Source: Botryllus schlosseri
Lineage: Eukaryota
Length of the DNA: 64,000 bases
Direction of reading: 5' to 3'
Assembly (NCBI GenBank): GCA_051294905.1
Contig: CM119371.1
Coordinates: forward strand, 17,734,001-17,798,000
The notes under the pieces are model-generated. The model did not search any database and was not told where the DNA came from. It worked only from the letters and a program-made list of their open reading frames with translations. The position numbers were made by a program, and so were the translations under genes. Shown here one piece after another: positions 61,394-64,000 of the stretch (position 1 is the stretch's first letter; the number at the start of each line of letters is the position of its first letter).

Positions 61394-61963
61394 CAGTGGT
61401 TCTCAATCTTTTTGACGCGCGGACTCTTCTCAAGCTTGCCTTTATTTCCGCGGACTCAAGCTATATATTAACGAAAAAGTTTTTTTGATTTCTACTATTC
61501 CACTATAATAAATAATTAAAGAATTAGCCACCGTAAATACTATTTTATTGATAATCCAAATTTTTCGACGGCAATAACTCCACTTCCACTGGTTGGAATT
61601 GAACCAAATTTGGTGAACATCGTTTCTATAGACAACCTAACACTTTCATGGGCTGAACAGAAAATTTTCAATTTTTGAAAATTTAGTTTTATCTAATAAA
61701 TAGAAATTTCTTCTCCTGTGGCAATGTGGCTACTGGCTAGAATCGAACCAAATTTGGTGTGTAGGTGTAAATGTGTGTATACGTATCGTGTGTGTGAAAA
61801 GCTGTCATGGGGGTTCATACCTGGCATTTTCGGTATGTGAATACTCAGCGTAAAATTCCGCGCCTAATTCTCTAATCGGAATTTAAATCCCTGTGCTCGT
61901 GGACTAAACCAGGACCTTCCACGGACTCCTTTGAGTCCGCGGACTCGGGGTTGAGACACACTG
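61394..61963. mobile_element. hAT MITE with a nested palindromic-MITE fragment
   Basis: CAGTGGTTCTCAA...TTGAGACACACTG; TSD TATTAGTG / TACTAGTG. Confidence 0.78.
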
Positions 61964-61988
61964 TACTAGTGGCTGGCGGTTAGCCTAC

Positions 61989-62023
61989 ACCCCTGACGAG
62001 TGTCAGCCGAAATTATTCGGGGT
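61989..62023 (+). ncRNA. Minimal type-I hammerhead-ribozyme-like motif (copy D, best preserved)
   Basis: ACCC-CTGACGA-GTGTCAGCC-GAAA-TTA-TTC-GGGGT: stem I ACCC/GGGT, intact CUGANGA and GAAA, UUC triplet; AATAAA about 13 nt downstream. Confidence 0.65.
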
Positions 62024-63199
62024 CATTTGAATATGAATAAATAATATTCGATTGTAAGGCACATCTAATACGAATTGCTTTTGCCAAACGCCGATAAGAT
62101 GAGGTACGATGATGACATGTGTCTTTATTACGTTGTAAATAAGAGCTAACGGACGCACGGAGATGGATTAGCGCGCAGGTTGAGGACGACGTAAAGTCTT
62201 CGTACTAAAGCGGATTAGTACCGATTTAAAATATGATTAAATCCAAAGATATATCAACCTAGTGCAAGGAAGATAACGGTGGAAATATTGTGAAAAGTAG
62301 GATTCGTGATGCTGGGGTATGCCGTATATATGAAATTGAACTTTGAAAATGTAACTGGTCTCAACATTTATAAAGAAATCAACGCGAAACAGTGTTCTAA
62401 AATTTTTGTCTTCAATCTTTTGAGTGATGTGATACTATTCGAAATCGTGTTGATCTTTCATGCTAGATCAAGTGCTTCGGATTTCTGTCACGAAAAGGTA
62501 ATACCAGATATATTATTAAATGATATTTTATCCCTTTCTAATCTATCAGATAATGCATCCGGACATATGTTTAGCGAATGTGAAGTAAGGTCGTAAAACC
62601 TATCCGATCTGTTTGTCTGTCGCTCTTCCGTTAAGTTTCAGACGCAGGTCAGATTCGAAATTCGCGCCGCTAACGACACTTTGTCAGCATAATATCCGCG
62701 AGTTTTTGTACATCTGAATAACTAACAGTAAACTTTCCAAAGGGCACTGAAGACGGGTAATAAGTCCGTGGAACAAGCTTCCTTCAGGAACTTGATTTGC
62801 GCAAAAGCAGAGGGGAAATTATCTATTGTAAATATCGGCAATTCAAGATGCCAAGATTACAAGCAATATGATATATGGTATGGACGTGCGCCTTCACCAT
62901 GATGCTAATTTATCAGCGATGGCTGTGGCTCAACGTGCTTGGTACTAGCGTTGGTAAGTCCGGATAAAATTTGAAATCCCAGGATCGGGTAGTATTCCCG
63001 GGATTCTTGGGGATAAGCGAAGTAGAAACATAGACATGCAAGCAACATATTGCAGTACTGACCAAAGTATAGGCTACTACAGCTGCACATGAACGTTCAC
63101 TATAGGGTTGTCCAAAATTCACAAAATGCTGTGTTGTAGAGGCTCGATATGTAGAATATAAATAAAAATAACATTGACCGCGCAGGAAGCTCACAGAAA

Positions 63200-63477
63200 G
63201 GTGGCGAGATAGCGCAGTGGTATAATCCGCGACTGCAACACTAATGGCTGCGGGTTAGAGTCCGACCGAGCTCGACTTCAGAATTCCGATACCTAAGTGT
63301 TGGAGGTTTACCTAGGCTCCTCCTCGCCGCGTATGCGGTGTCTTACAAAAAGTTTAGAGGTGGGCCGTGCTATAAGTAGGCAGTTACGCAAAATAATGAA
63401 GAATATCGGCCTGGTGTAAATGACCAATGACCATAGTAGTCGACAAACACCATGAATACCCCAAAACAAACATACAA
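63200..63477 (+). mobile_element. Full-length tRNA-derived SINE (family 1)
   Basis: A-box TAGCGCAGTGG, B-box-like GGTTAGAGTCC, A/C-rich tail, ~13-bp TSD AAGCTCACAGA(A/G)A; 3' fragments also at ~9535-9630 and ~60650-60720 (minus strand). Confidence 0.85.
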
Positions 63478-63916
63478 AAGCTCACAGAGAAGTGGTTCAC
63501 ACTAATTACGATCAGCTAGAGCCTGTAATAAAATGCATTGTTGCTGCCAGAGTGATTTTTTAATCATTGCATGTAATTTTGTTCTGTTATTTCTGTATTG
63601 GTTTGCAGCCCGTTCTTCTGATTGGACATCGGATATGTAACGTCAACATTGTTAATGGTGTCATCGAGTGTCCATAACACAGCATAGCAAGTTCGTGAGT
63701 TATCTTTTATAGTTGCAAATGTGTATCACAGGGTCTTTATATATTGCACAGATGCTACTGACCAATTTGGATTAAAATGTAGTAACATGCAAGCAGCATG
63801 CTACCATGAATCTTTCAGTTTTCCTTCACAAAAGGTTAGGCCAGAATTACCAGAGACCGGGTTAGAATCCTGGTATGCTGTGTCAATGAACTGCGTGATG
63901 GGAGATGGGTCCCAGT

Positions 63917-64000
63917 CAGACATGGGGTAATCGTGATTAGTAATCGTAATCGATTACGACGATTACAGCATTTCCAAGTAATCGTAATCGCAATCGATTA
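63917..64000. mobile_element. Left end of a GTAATC-rich hAT-type MITE, cut by the window edge
   Basis: CAGACATGGG start followed by GTAATCG/CGATTAC subterminal repeats. Confidence 0.55.

Larger units (their letters stand above)
54240..62905 (+). pseudogene. Fragmented paralog of the 33.2-36.4-kb receptor ectodomain region
   Basis: Collinear nucleotide similarity: 56140-56278 joined to 59541-59580 ~ 34360-34525; 59740-59890 ~ 34685-34845; 62770-62905 ~ 36290-36410. Ends uncertain. Confidence 0.6.

Noticed and set aside
62745..62780. CTGAAGA followed by a hairpin, hammerhead-like
   Set aside because: No GAAA box or stem I; lies in pseudogene-homologous sequence.

Overview
AT-rich, repeat-dense animal genomic DNA. 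An invertebrate chordate such as an ascidian is my guess from gene content, not something the sequence proves. Host genes: (1) a 3-coding-exon CD36-family scavenger receptor (SCARB2/LIMP-2-like, minus strand, 11196-25689, 485 aa when spliced); (2) an intronless cyclin Q (CCNQ/FAM58A); (3) an intronless, divergent DCAF1/VprBP whose acidic tail has decayed; (4) a dead LRR-like/LDLa/7TM GRL101-type GPCR, with what looks like a second, more shattered paralog about 21 kb downstream. The rest is a nested transposon landscape whose boundaries can often be read from target-site duplications (TSDs). It includes a near-intact ISL2EU (PIF/Harbinger-related) element with a THAP-DDE transposase and a SWIM-YqaJ nuclease, a 2.4-kb foldback built from two hATm 3' ends, a Chapaev3 relic, many hAT MITEs, a 9-bp-TSD MULE-like MITE, tRNA-derived SINEs and LINE relics. 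Four dispersed copies of a minimal hammerhead-ribozyme-like motif are also present. All alignments and identities were judged by eye.
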